From: Amphiscolops sp. MND2022
Taxonomy: Eukaryota
DNA: 64,000 nucleotides
Assembly (NCBI GenBank): GCA_964187785.1
Contig: OZ076420.1
Coordinates: 27,466,001-27,530,000 of the forward strand
Direction of reading: 5' to 3'
How positions within the stretch are numbered: the stretch's first letter is position 1; the number at the start of each line of letters is the position of its first letter. Made by a program: the position numbers and the translations under genes. Below, one piece after another: positions 48,919 through 60,900 of this stretch. Under the pieces are notes generated by a model that did no database searches, was not told the DNA's origin, and worked only from the letters and a program-made list of their open reading frames with translations.

Positions 48919-51900
48919 CTAAAAATGATTGAACACCATTGGTCTTTCACACAACTTAATCATAACTCCGATACGGTATAACAAAAATATGTTTTAACAC
49001 GCACCCGTAAAAACCGTATAAGTTGCGATCGACAGTCAGAATTGAACACCATGCCGTTCGACTGAGAAGCGCTTGAAAATCAGTAAAACGATTTCTCTCT
49101 GGAGACATTGCCAGTACAGTGACTTACAGGAAATACATTACCGGTGCATAGTGCGTTAAAACAGACGCAGAGGAGCAAAGAATTGGGCTGCTGAGAACTT
49201 TAACGCGGTAATGACTTATTTTTCAGAAGTGCATTTTTGGTATTCCAGGTGTGCATCAAGTGGAAACGTTTTTCCATAGAATAATGAATCCAATTATATC
49301 AAAAATGATCTCACCTGAAAGTTTGTCAGTGTAATAGGAGGTGAATCTGCAAATAAGGAGTTTCTTCTCGCACTGTTTGAACTGGAACCCGCGTCTAAAA
49401 CGTGCAGAGCAGAATGCAAATATGGACAACAATGGAGAATATCGAGAAAAAAGAAGCTCGGAAAAGTGGAAACTTAGCTAATTAAAAAAAATTTGCCACA
49501 GCAAACTGAATAGCGTAGAATATTTCACACATTTTCAATTGATATGAGACTCTGGTCTCAACTCCAACGTGTTTCAGGGTGAAATTTAAAGAGGATTTAA
49601 TCAAAGTTGGGACCTTTAAGAGAGAGACTGCCAAAATGGGATACTTCAGGAGTCACAAATAAGTTTTGTTGCTTCTGAATCACTAGAAAAGTTTCGATCA
49701 AAACTCTCACCCACTAAACATTACACCTTCAATTTTTCTTGGAAAATCCCAAACCGGGTAGATCCCAAACCTCTTAGAACAGAGTCGCCCCTTTTAAGGC
49801 TCAGAAAATATGAAGAGTATTGGACCCTTAGAAAGACTCCAAAAAACCTGGAAAAATTCAAAAACTTTCAAAAACAATGAGGTATTGTGTTGCCTCAGCG
49901 CCGTGCAAGTTTTTGGTAGAAAAAGTTTTTGGAAACGTTTCATACTTTTGACGTAGCACCAAAAATCATGTCATTCAAAACAATACTAACAATCAAAATT
50001 GTGATTGAATCGAGCTGAGTCACTGGCCTCAAGCTTTGAGTTTTCAGATAGGATGTCATCGTAGATAGAATTGAGATCTTCCATCTGCTCGCTGTATTTG
50101 TTAGCGCTGCCGTGTGAGTGTGACTCAGAACTACTACTGGAACTTTTGCATTCAGCACTTCCAACACTATCTGCTGATTTCTTGGAAGAGCCCCGATAGC
50201 TTCCACTAGAACTAGCTCTACTATCAGGTCTAACAGGACAGTCATAGCTGGATTTTGGTTTTGCAGGACTCATCACTCTATCTGGCGAGAAAGTGAGCTT
50301 TTGACCTTGCTGCGTAGTCTGGTGTATGTTTGCCTGAGATGGAGAAAGCTGACTCTGTCCCGCTCCCATTTGCATAACATTGCCCCACGTCTGTGGGGTT
50401 TGAGCCATGCCCATATTTGTCATTGAGCCACATGCTTGCTGTTGCTGGGGACTGACTTGAGGTTGCTGATTGCCGTTGTTTGTGTTCTGCATTGGATTCT
50501 GTTGAAGATACATGGGCTGTTGCTGTGGAAAAGGTTGAGATCTGCTGAAGCTTGCTTCCGCAGTAGATACTGTTGAACACCCAAGTGCATTGTTGACTAC
50601 AGAGTTATGCACAGAGGTGCCATAAGACATGTCTCTAGAAGAGGGAGTCATTACTTGTGATATAACGGAGCAGGCCCCACTGACGTTAACGGGGCCATTG
50701 CTGTTCAAGTTTATGATATGATTTGAAGATGCAAGGCCACCGCTGATTGCGCCATTTACAAGGGTGTTTGGGTGGGGAGAAGACACCATTGCCGATCCAG
50801 AATTACCCACCATGCCACCAGTGCTACCTGGATTACCAAAAGATTTGCCAGACATTGATGCATTTGCAACGTTGAGGTGGTTCTTACGTAAAGCGTTGCC
50901 AGTGTTTGTATTACTGCCACCAGATCTTTGTTGTTGCATTGACGCGTGAAAAACTTGAGGAATTGCAGTCGGTGGGTTTCGCATGACCATGGCTGCATTT
51001 TGAGCACCAATTAAATCAGTGGGTCTTTGCGGAGCGAAGGACGCAGACGACATTGTGTTATTATGCTGCTGCTGTTGCTGGGCATGATGGTGGTGAGAGA
51101 GCGAGGGCGGGGGTAACGAAAACACGTGGTAGTTTTGGCGGTGGTGGGCGGTTGGTTGATCTGGGAACCGTTGGAAGCCTCCGGTTGGCGAGCTGACCAG
51201 ATGAGGCGAATGAGGAGCTATGTTGGCATACACAGGAGATATAGCTCCAGGTTGCTCGATTGGGGACCTCAGCATCATGCGTTGCTGGGGCACCAGGACA
51301 GGATTGGCTGTTCCGGCCCCGCCCACAACTGACGGTTGGTAAGCTGTGCCTACAAAACGTTTGTGAAAGTATCCTTGTTGCATTGAGGCCGCTGTGGCTG
51401 AGGGAGAAGTGGCGGATACAGAGGTAGCACCAAGTATTTGATCATGTTTCATCGGCCCTGTTTGGTTCTGTTGCGTCTGCACTGTTGGCGAGGCGTACAC
51501 AAACTGGGCGTTGCATGCGCCCCCCGGAGGCATTGCTGAGGCGACAGAGGAGTAGAACTTGTTCACACATGTCTGCTGTTGTTGTTGGCCGGGTGCAACC
51601 TGTTGCTGCATGTTGGACACTGGCATCATGCCTGCACGAGAAAAGACGACTGGGGCCGAAGTGCAGACTCCCCCAGACTGAGACGGAGGTGGATTAACAC
51701 AATGGTCAGGTACAAAAATTTGAGGAGGTAGTTGCTGATGATGAAGTTGTGATCCATTGTGTTCATTCCGCAGTTTTGATCCTAAAACAATACACCTCAG
51801 AACCTAAAGATCATCTAATAACTGATTGTGTATTTTTGAGAAAATGAAATAGTCATTTGTGAAGTCTCGCGCTTGTTTTTAACTTTACTCGCAAAACAAT

Positions 51901-54900
51901 TCAAAGCTTCCTTTATTTGTTGAATAGATATTTAAACTAGCTGCTAAAAATAAATTTTGTATAATTAACTTCAGGAAGGACGTTTTTACAATGAAGCAAA
52001 TTGCACCAAACTTTAGCGACTTTCGCTTGAAAAGTCAGCAGTAAAATTAAAACTGACCACTGATGTTTGAGTTAGGGACGACTTGATTGGGAGGGTTCAC
52101 AGGGTCTCTGAAGAGGTTGGGCGGAAATGGTTTGTACTCGATTTCACACGACCCTGTGCCCATCTGTGGTTGCCTATGATGCGTTTGTTGCATAGAATGC
52201 ACAGGGTGCTGCATCATGTTCATCTGCATGTTGGAGCCACCATTCATTTGCTGCGAAGTAGTCTCGTTTGTCTTGGCCAACGGTGACACTTGTTGCATCG
52301 GGAAGTTTCTGTTCGACGTAAGTCGGGCGGTCACAACTCCGTTCATGCTTTCCATCTGATTACAGTCCACTAAGTTGCCCTTAGTAAACTCATTGCCCAC
52401 CGTATTCCTTTGGAACATTCGATTTTGTTCACTGGTTGGGATTCCATGGAAGTTCGTGTCATTGGGGGAGTTAGTACAAGAGCTGTAATTAGGCATCATG
52501 TGTTGATTTTGTTGATTGAAACCACCGGTTTGAGACATCTCAGATTGGGACATATTCATAGCAGTCATGCAGTTGGCAGCTGCGGCTTTTTGTTCATTTT
52601 CTAATGAGACTCTTTCCTCTTCTTGGCGAACAGCTGCTAACAATTCGTCCGCAACTTCTCTGGGACCTTTAATCCTCGAAAGAGGAGGCGCTGAGATATA
52701 ATCCGAATGACTTCTAGTCGGTATTGAGTTTGAACCATTTCCATTGCCAGATGCATTCTGATTCCCAGAATTCTCTCTATAGCCGCTCATTCCATTATTA
52801 TCTATTGATGGTGCATTGAGTTCTGTTTCCAGAAACTCGTCTTGCGACATTCCTCCTCCAGGGGGGTTGATATCGGAGAAGTTTTCCAGACTTTTTGCAC
52901 CATCGTTTACTTGCATTGTTTGCAGGTCGTTTTGAGAATCAACAGAGGTGGGTCTTGCAATTACATCCTCTGAGAAACATGCCCTTCCAGTTAGCACCAC
53001 AGCACGTCGGCAACTTTCTGTTTTCTTTCTCGGGTCGCCTATTTTTTCAACCTCGGAAATAATTTTTCGCTTGTTCTCGCTTATCCTCGGCAAGAATACA
53101 CTTGGATATTCTTTGCCGAGAGATTTCTTCTGGTTGCTCAATTCTTCTTGTGACGTGAAGGCGAAAACAGACAATTCTTCCATAGATTTCTGCGGTGGGT
53201 TCGTAACTTGCATCCCTTTGCTCAGAAGCTCCGTCAACGTTTTGTTCCCAAGAACCTTCGGGTTCATTCGTTCGTGCTGAAAAAAAGAAGAAAAAGTTAT
53301 AATTATCCTTCATTCAGTTTGAAAGAACTTTCGACGTGAAAATGAATTGTGAAATCACTACTTCACATGAGAGTATTTTCGAACGAATGGATTGCAATCA
53401 GAGATCTTGTACACATTATATAATGAAAACAACTATCTGCTTTCGATACCAAAATAGAATTTAAGAAACTCATCACGTAAAAAAACCAGATGAAAACAGG
53501 AGTCACTGAATTGGTGAAAATTTCAACCATTTCGGAGAACGATACCAAAGACATGAAAACTTTCGAAATTTTCAGTGGAAAATATCGCGATTTCTCAGAC
53601 GCTCATTAACAGCGTATATCATGAAAAGCTACTTTTCCAGCTTTTTGCCCAACTCATGCCAGAGTCTCGAAAAACGACAAGTGTTGAGATGTGCGGTTTC
53701 AGGATGTAACAGGATGATATAAATTCTCAACTGACTTCAATCATGCAACGAACGGGAATCTACCATCGTTGGCTGTGCAGTGCCCAAATTTGAAATTCAA
53801 TGCTGACCTTAACTTTGTTTGGGCCAAGATCCACGGTCGGTGAATTGCTGTTTTCCACACCGGCTCCGGTCGACGTTAGCATCTTTGTGTGGTTGCCGTT
53901 AGTATCCTTGGCGTCATCAGCCAGTGAATTGGCGTTGTTGTTTATGACGTCATTAGATGAGGAAGAGGAGAGGCAACCGACAATTTCAGTGAGAACTCCG
54001 CTGTCTTGGGAAGTGTTCAAACACCTGTTGCTGCTACTTGACTTGTTCCTAGCCCCGCTCCTGTCTTTTCCTGTCCCAGGGGCACCTGACAGGGTCGAAC
54101 AGTTGTCCTTAGCAGCCTCTGTGTCCAGCAGTCGATCCACTTTAATGGCAGACAACACAGTGTGAGGTAAGTTAGTGAATCATGTACAATAGAATTACAG
54201 TGGAATCCGGCTAATTCGTATCGCGAGGGACCGAATAAAATAGTACGAATAGTGAGAAATACGAATTAACCGGATGATATTACTTTGGTCGTTCCGAAAT
54301 AGGGATCTCAGATGCGTACGAATTAAACGAAGATCCGAATTATCCGGGTACGAATTAACCGGAGTTGACTGTATTTATTCAATTGGATATTTCAAAAGTG
54401 AACACGCAAACAAAATCTTTTTAAATCAGACAAATATATCCAATTAGGAAGCAAAATTAGTATTTCTACTCTTCTAAGTTGGCGCCCTGGTACAATTGAA
54501 CGTAGAATCAATTCAAGTGTAGAAAACAACCTGGGGCCAGTTAAACTTGAACGTCAACAATTTCCGCCCTAAATTAACGCTCACTTCTTTCACTTCAAAA
54601 TACTTTCCATCGCTGTCTCCATTCATTTATTCTCGAATGAAAAATATATTTTGAATTGAAAAATAAAATTTTATCAACATGCAGTTTGTTTTGTAAACAT
54701 GCATGTTTTAAGGCATGTCGTTGTTTTTTTGCAGAACTTACTGTTTCCACTAAAGGACAGAAACTTCACTGACCTGAAGCCAGAGCTTGTCTCGTTTCTT
54801 CGTCATTCACGAAATGCTGAGCCATGTTGTTAAGAACGTTGGAGGAAGTATTGGCGCCCGAAGCAGCAGAGAAGTTGGCAGCGTTGGTTGAAGAGCTTCT

Positions 54901-57900
54901 GTGACCTCCCCCCATGGTGGACTCTCCTTGATCATCAAACCCTGGGTCCGAAAAAGAGAGAGACAGCCCCCCGTCAAGCTCCTCTAAATGGGTGTCGATC
55001 TGATTCTTCTCGTTGTGAAGCCTGGACAACAAATGATTCAATTAAACACAAACATAACATATCAAAACGATTCATTTCCAAAATCATTCCTAAAATAAAA
55101 TCTAGTGGCGGAAAAACAAACGAGCTGGTGTTTTTGATTTACAAAATTCCACAGTGCTAGATGGGGTTTCATTTGCAAATCAGTTCTAAGCGTAGTTGTT
55201 GTTGAACGAAAAGTCAAATAAACTGACAACTATGGAAAACAAGATGAAAAAGTCTAAAATCAAAAATACCCAAAGGGAGCAGCTTTGCGTGATAGGAAAA
55301 CGCTTCTCTGTAACTGAAAACATCAGAGAAAAATCAAATTGGTGAAAAAATTCTCGGAAAAAGTTGCACAGCGGTGAAAAACTGAAGAGCTTAAGCTCTT
55401 AAAACGTATTGCCTAACACGAAAACATGAAAACAAACCGGAGGGAGGACTTTTTGATGAAATATGAGAAGTTCTGAAAAAGTCGAACATTTCCAAAAAAC
55501 AAGGGGAGACCCTTTGGCTTTTTGGGTACGCCTTAGATCTTAGACGTAAAGTCTGTAAGAAAGGCCCTTTCAATGTGAGCTCTGTGGTCTGGCAAAAAAC
55601 TCGCGCCGACTAAAAACACAGCATAGCAATCAAAGGCGATTAATTAATGCTAACTAACATCTCAGTATTCTGATTGTCCGACGTCTCAGGACTTTCAATG
55701 CCGAGATCAAGATCAGTGTTGGTGATCATTGTCTCGAATTCCTCAAACTCTGGGAAGAGCACGTCATTGAGATTCTCGCAAGACTGTGACGTATCTTCTG
55801 AGGAAACAGCGCCACCTTGCCGCGACCCAGCACCATTGCTACCATGTTGATTGCCACCACCACCTCCGAAGTTGTCATCACTGAAATGACACCATCACAA
55901 GTATAGGATCGATCTGAGTAGGAGTTGGATTTGGCTTGCTCAAGCACTTACAGTAGATATGAATCAAAAACATGAAGCATCAAGAAGGTTTCTCAGCATT
56001 TGCGTAGTACTTAATAGCGAGGTTTTAACATCGCTGATTTTTTCGCTTATCACTGAACAACTAATCGCTGAAACGCCAAATTCGCTATTTCGCTGAAACG
56101 ACTTTCTCCAAACAATCAAATATTGGACCTCAAGTATATTTAAAAAATAAATTTCACAAGAAAAAAAGACTAATTTTTAATACTGTGTGAGTTTTACAAA
56201 AATAAGAATAGAAATTTTTTGAAATTCATTTTGAACCCCAGTGTCTACTTTGAGGAAATAATGATTTTGGACATTAAGCTAATTTGAACTGCTAATGATA
56301 TCGCTGAAAAATTCCTGCGCGACAGCTGGTTCGCTTATTAGCGTTGTCAAAACTCTGCTTTTAGTAGAGACAAATTGAAACTCACACAAATTTTGAAAAG
56401 GAAAAGGCGAAAAGTTCACTAAACTGACAGAACAGGAGAACAAAGTAGAGGACTAACCTTGCGTTGAACTGGAAACAGTTGAGACTCAAGTCATCTAATG
56501 ACTGCTGGGTGTGCAAGTTGTGATTGCTGTCTGAGGCGATGTTGAGAAGCAAGGAATCAGTAGAGGAGTCGTTGTTTTGAGAAATGGCAGTAGACCCAGA
56601 GTTGTTCCCACTTTTCTCCACAAGCGGGGGCGATATGTTGTAAGAAGATGATATCAAGCTGCCGCCACCCTTGCTGTTCTCACGGTGAACACCGTTGGCC
56701 CCCGTTATGACGTCATTGCCATTGACACGGGATGAAGAGTTGTGATTGCTTGCTTTGCGAGAAGAGGACGAGGAGGAAGAGGTTTTGGTGTTGTTGCTGA
56801 AGGCAACTGGTGACTCAAAGTCGTTACTATTTAGGTTGCAATTCAGAGGCGATGAATTCAGATTGCCGCCAAAAAAGTTTGAACAATCGGTATTATGAAC
56901 GTTACACGCATCTCCGAGGTTGTTGTTCGCAGGACTGATACAATGATCAAAACTGCTCCGCTTCGCTTTAGGTCCTGCAAACAATTCGCTACTGAAAAGC
57001 CCAACAAGGATGCAGTAAAAATGGAACTTGAAAACAGTCAAATACACAATTTCGGACAAATACGAAGCGCAATTATAATTAATCAAGCAACTTGAACCGT
57101 AAAGATAAAATATTGGGTTGATTTCAAACTAGAAAGCACCCTACTACTTCCCAAGTTCGCTTCAAAAGACAATTTCTTCAAATTTTTACTTCAATACTCA
57201 GCTCAAACTTCCAATATCGTATCTGAAGTTATTTACTTTTCATATTTCAAATTTCGAGCAGCAACAAAAAGAGTACATAGCAAGACTAATGCTTTCAGAT
57301 CAACCCACAGTCGTGAGAAGCTTCTTTTAGCACGGGTCTGCTATCGAGCATTATTCGAGAGCACGCTCGTTTTTTCGCGGTGGACAAAAACTGATATTTA
57401 ACATTCATTTTTGCTATTGCTAAAAACAAAAGCACTAACCAACAGAAGAATGGCGACTTCGTTTTTTGCTGTTACTTTTCTGATTGTCGCCGGTAGAGGG
57501 CGATAGCATGTTCACGTCGGCTGCAACTGCTGCGTTGGTATTGCGTGACGTCATCATTTGGGAGGCAACAGAGGCCACGTGATAGCTCGCAGTTGTGGCC
57601 CCCGTCCCATCCGAAGAAGCAGACGAGTAGGTGCGCTGAGAAGATGCCGCTATTATCCGGGGCACGTGGCTTGTAGGGGGTTGTTGTTGTTGTTGCTGGT
57701 GATTGAAGACAGGGATGAACATTTAGATCAACAATTTTATAAAGAAAAACCGTTTTCAAGAGACTTTCCAAAGATTTTGAAAAGATACTAAAATTCAACA
57801 AAACGGGTTTTGATAAGCAATAATGATGTCGCTTTGAGGCATAGAATTTAAATTCCAAGACCATGTTGACTGATTCAATTGAGTTAATGATTTCAAGATA

Positions 57901-60900
57901 TTTAATAGACGCAAACATGAATTGGGCTAAAAAGTTCGTGAAAATCCGGTTAATTTGAACCGCAGACCATTTAAAAAGGTCTGATTAAAAATGAATTCAA
58001 ATTCTTTCTATTCAGAAAACGAGGAATTCGCACGACTTGACATCTAGGGCCTGAATTATGGGAACAATTATCCCAAATATACATTCATACTGCATACAGG
58101 GTTTTGGCATCGCTAATTTTTTCCGCTAATAGCTAAACCGCTAATTCACTGAAAAAGTTTTTCTCCAAACTATTAAACGTTTCACTTCAGGTATCTTCAG
58201 GTATCTGAAAATACCTAAATTAGTTCTATAAGAGAAACAAACTGGATTTTTATAATAAGCGAGTTTTACGAGGGTCAGAGTCGAAATTTTTTGGAATTTA
58301 TTGTAAAAGTTCGGATATACTCAGAGGAAATTTTGAATTTGGACATTCTATTAGTTACCGCTAGTTTTAACCGATAATGAAATCGCTGAAAAATTCCTCA
58401 GCGGCAGCTAATTCGCTAATTAGCAGTGTCCAAACTCTGATAACAAAGAACATATTGGGAAATGAACTTCATGTTTTGCCATTCCCAAAGAACTAAGTCT
58501 CTCAGAAAACTTTGACCAGGGACTGCCAGAACGTCATCAAAGCACCAGATATTTCTACACCTATCGAATGTAGTACTTTTGGCAACCTTGTGAACAGTTT
58601 CGTTTTTTAGAAATCTCGAACTTATGTTTAACTTGTACAACTCGAATGAATTATTTATGATGTTTTCATGATATTAGCTTGAATATAAATTGTCATCACT
58701 GTTTGTTGGTGGCCCCCGGCTGGGTTGACTGTAGGTGGAGCAGAGGCGATCTGGAAGAAGCCTGAGCCGTTGAAATAAGAAGGTGTTGATGTCGTGTTTG
58801 ACGACTTCTCATGTTCGCAGCCAGCAGGGGTCAGTAGCGAGGTAGGCCTTCTTCTTGAGTCTGCAGCAACGTCGACCGGAAGTGATGAAAGATTTCCAGG
58901 AATTTGTTCATTCTCGACCGCACTAAGATTCCTGGTAAATGCAACTGGGTTGCTGTTCACAGGGTGCATGGCTAAGCTGTTGAAGGCGGTCCCATTAGAA
59001 GTGAGGAGATTTGTCGGCAAATTCTTTGCATTGGAATCGAGCGATTGTTTCTTTCTGAATTTGCTTTTATCCAAGTCCAGTAAGTTCAACATTATCTGCG
59101 TTGACTTGGACACGATTATTTGGTCACACTTGGAGGAAAGCGGTTCCTGTTTGATGTTTGCAAAACTAGAAGCCAGTGTTTCCGTTGCGTTGTTAGAAGC
59201 ACTCAAATGACATCGATTTGGGTTGTTATTCGGTGACTCAGTGGGGAAATGTCGAGGCGAAACGAGCCCGTGCTTGTCCGTGATAAGTTTCAGTAGTTTC
59301 GACCCATGTTTGCTATTGCGATGAGAAGAGATAGTGTTGTTATTTTCGTTTATCAGGTGATAAAAATTGGACCGTGAACCTGATTCTCCAGGCTCAAACC
59401 CTGTGTTGATTTTCAACGTTTCCTCGCATGGAATTCGGTCATACCTGAATTTACGTTGAACCATAGAAACAAGGTCATTATGGGAAGAAGACACACTTGG
59501 CTCATCATTGTCGTCCCAATTGCTGCAAATAGGGGCCGGAGTTCTGAAAAATTTCTCTAATACCTGCTGAGAAGATTCAACGGACGATGCTTTAATGCTG
59601 CTTTCTGCCAAATCATTCAGATGTTGCTTGGCCAAAAAATTCTGCTTCTGTTCAATAGCTCGAATTCTACCGGGATCCTTGAGCTGCGATATGAGATGTT
59701 CGTTGTGTGCCTCGGAGTTTTTGGAGCTATCAACATTGTTCAAATAAGACTCATCGCCGAACTGAAGAGAGCTTGGATCTTCAGATGAGAGGCCAATTAG
59801 AGAAAGATCTCCACCGAAGCCACCGTCTGAGCATACCGGATTTATTTGGCAAGTTTGAAAAATGGGCGAACTGGCTGTGGTTATTTGCTGCACAGATGAT
59901 GCCTAGTTAATAAGCGTCAAAATTAACATCAGTTTCATAGCCAACTCTGTTTGAGGAATACGAACTTTTGATTGCTATAAATGTTTCAAGTTTTAATGTT
60001 TCGATGTCAACCCTACTTGATTAAATCAGGCCAACTTGATTTAAACACGAACATGTTTCTCAAACTCCGGAAAATCTTTTGAAATCTGTGAAATCTAACT
60101 TAGAGGTTAATAAACGTTCAAATGTAATTATGTAGCTTCTCTACCAAGAACACGATACACTTTTAACACCCGGATGTTCCACGAGACGGCGGTTTTTTCA
60201 TAAAAAGCGACATAGTAATATAGCGTTCAATAAAAAACTTTTTGACGCGTACAATAGATTGAGATGTTTGAGGCTGCAGCAACTTTCTGTGGTCATTGGC
60301 TGCGCTGCCTTGGGGCCCAGTGATAAGTAGAGAATCGCTGAAGTTGCTATCATTCGAAGACCCTGAAGTCAGACTCAGACCAATGTTGGGCGAGCAGAAA
60401 GATGTAGGACTCTCACAAGACGTTCTCTGTTGGTGATGCTGCTGATTGTGTAAGGTATTCACCAGACTAATGAAGGTTGAGTCTGCATTGGAGTTTGATG
60501 AATTGTTAGGAGACAGCGCACCTGTTGACACGACATGACAAGATGAGAAACACGCAACTATGGCTGCTATACATATACGACAATTTATGACCTCTTTACT
60601 TATCATACTTCATACGCACGATAGAAAAACGAAACACCAAGGTAGTTACCATCCTTTTCGTGAAAATGACTCAAAAATTCTATTGATGGCCGGATTTGAA
60701 ATCACAATCCCTTGGTTCGAAGGATCTTAAAGTAGCACGAATTAAAATCGGTACATATTGGGTCCTAATCCGGGACATCTTGATTAAAAGCAATATAGTC
60801 CACTCCTATTGGGTGAGTTATCGTCCACTCAGATATTTGATGATCAACTGCATTTCTTCATGCTTTAACTGACTTCATCATGATCGCCATCTTTCTTGAA

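Noticed and set aside
50278-52604. Overlapping alternative-frame and plus-strand ORFs within the large exons
   Set aside because: Expected by-products of long GC-richer coding exons, with no independent support.
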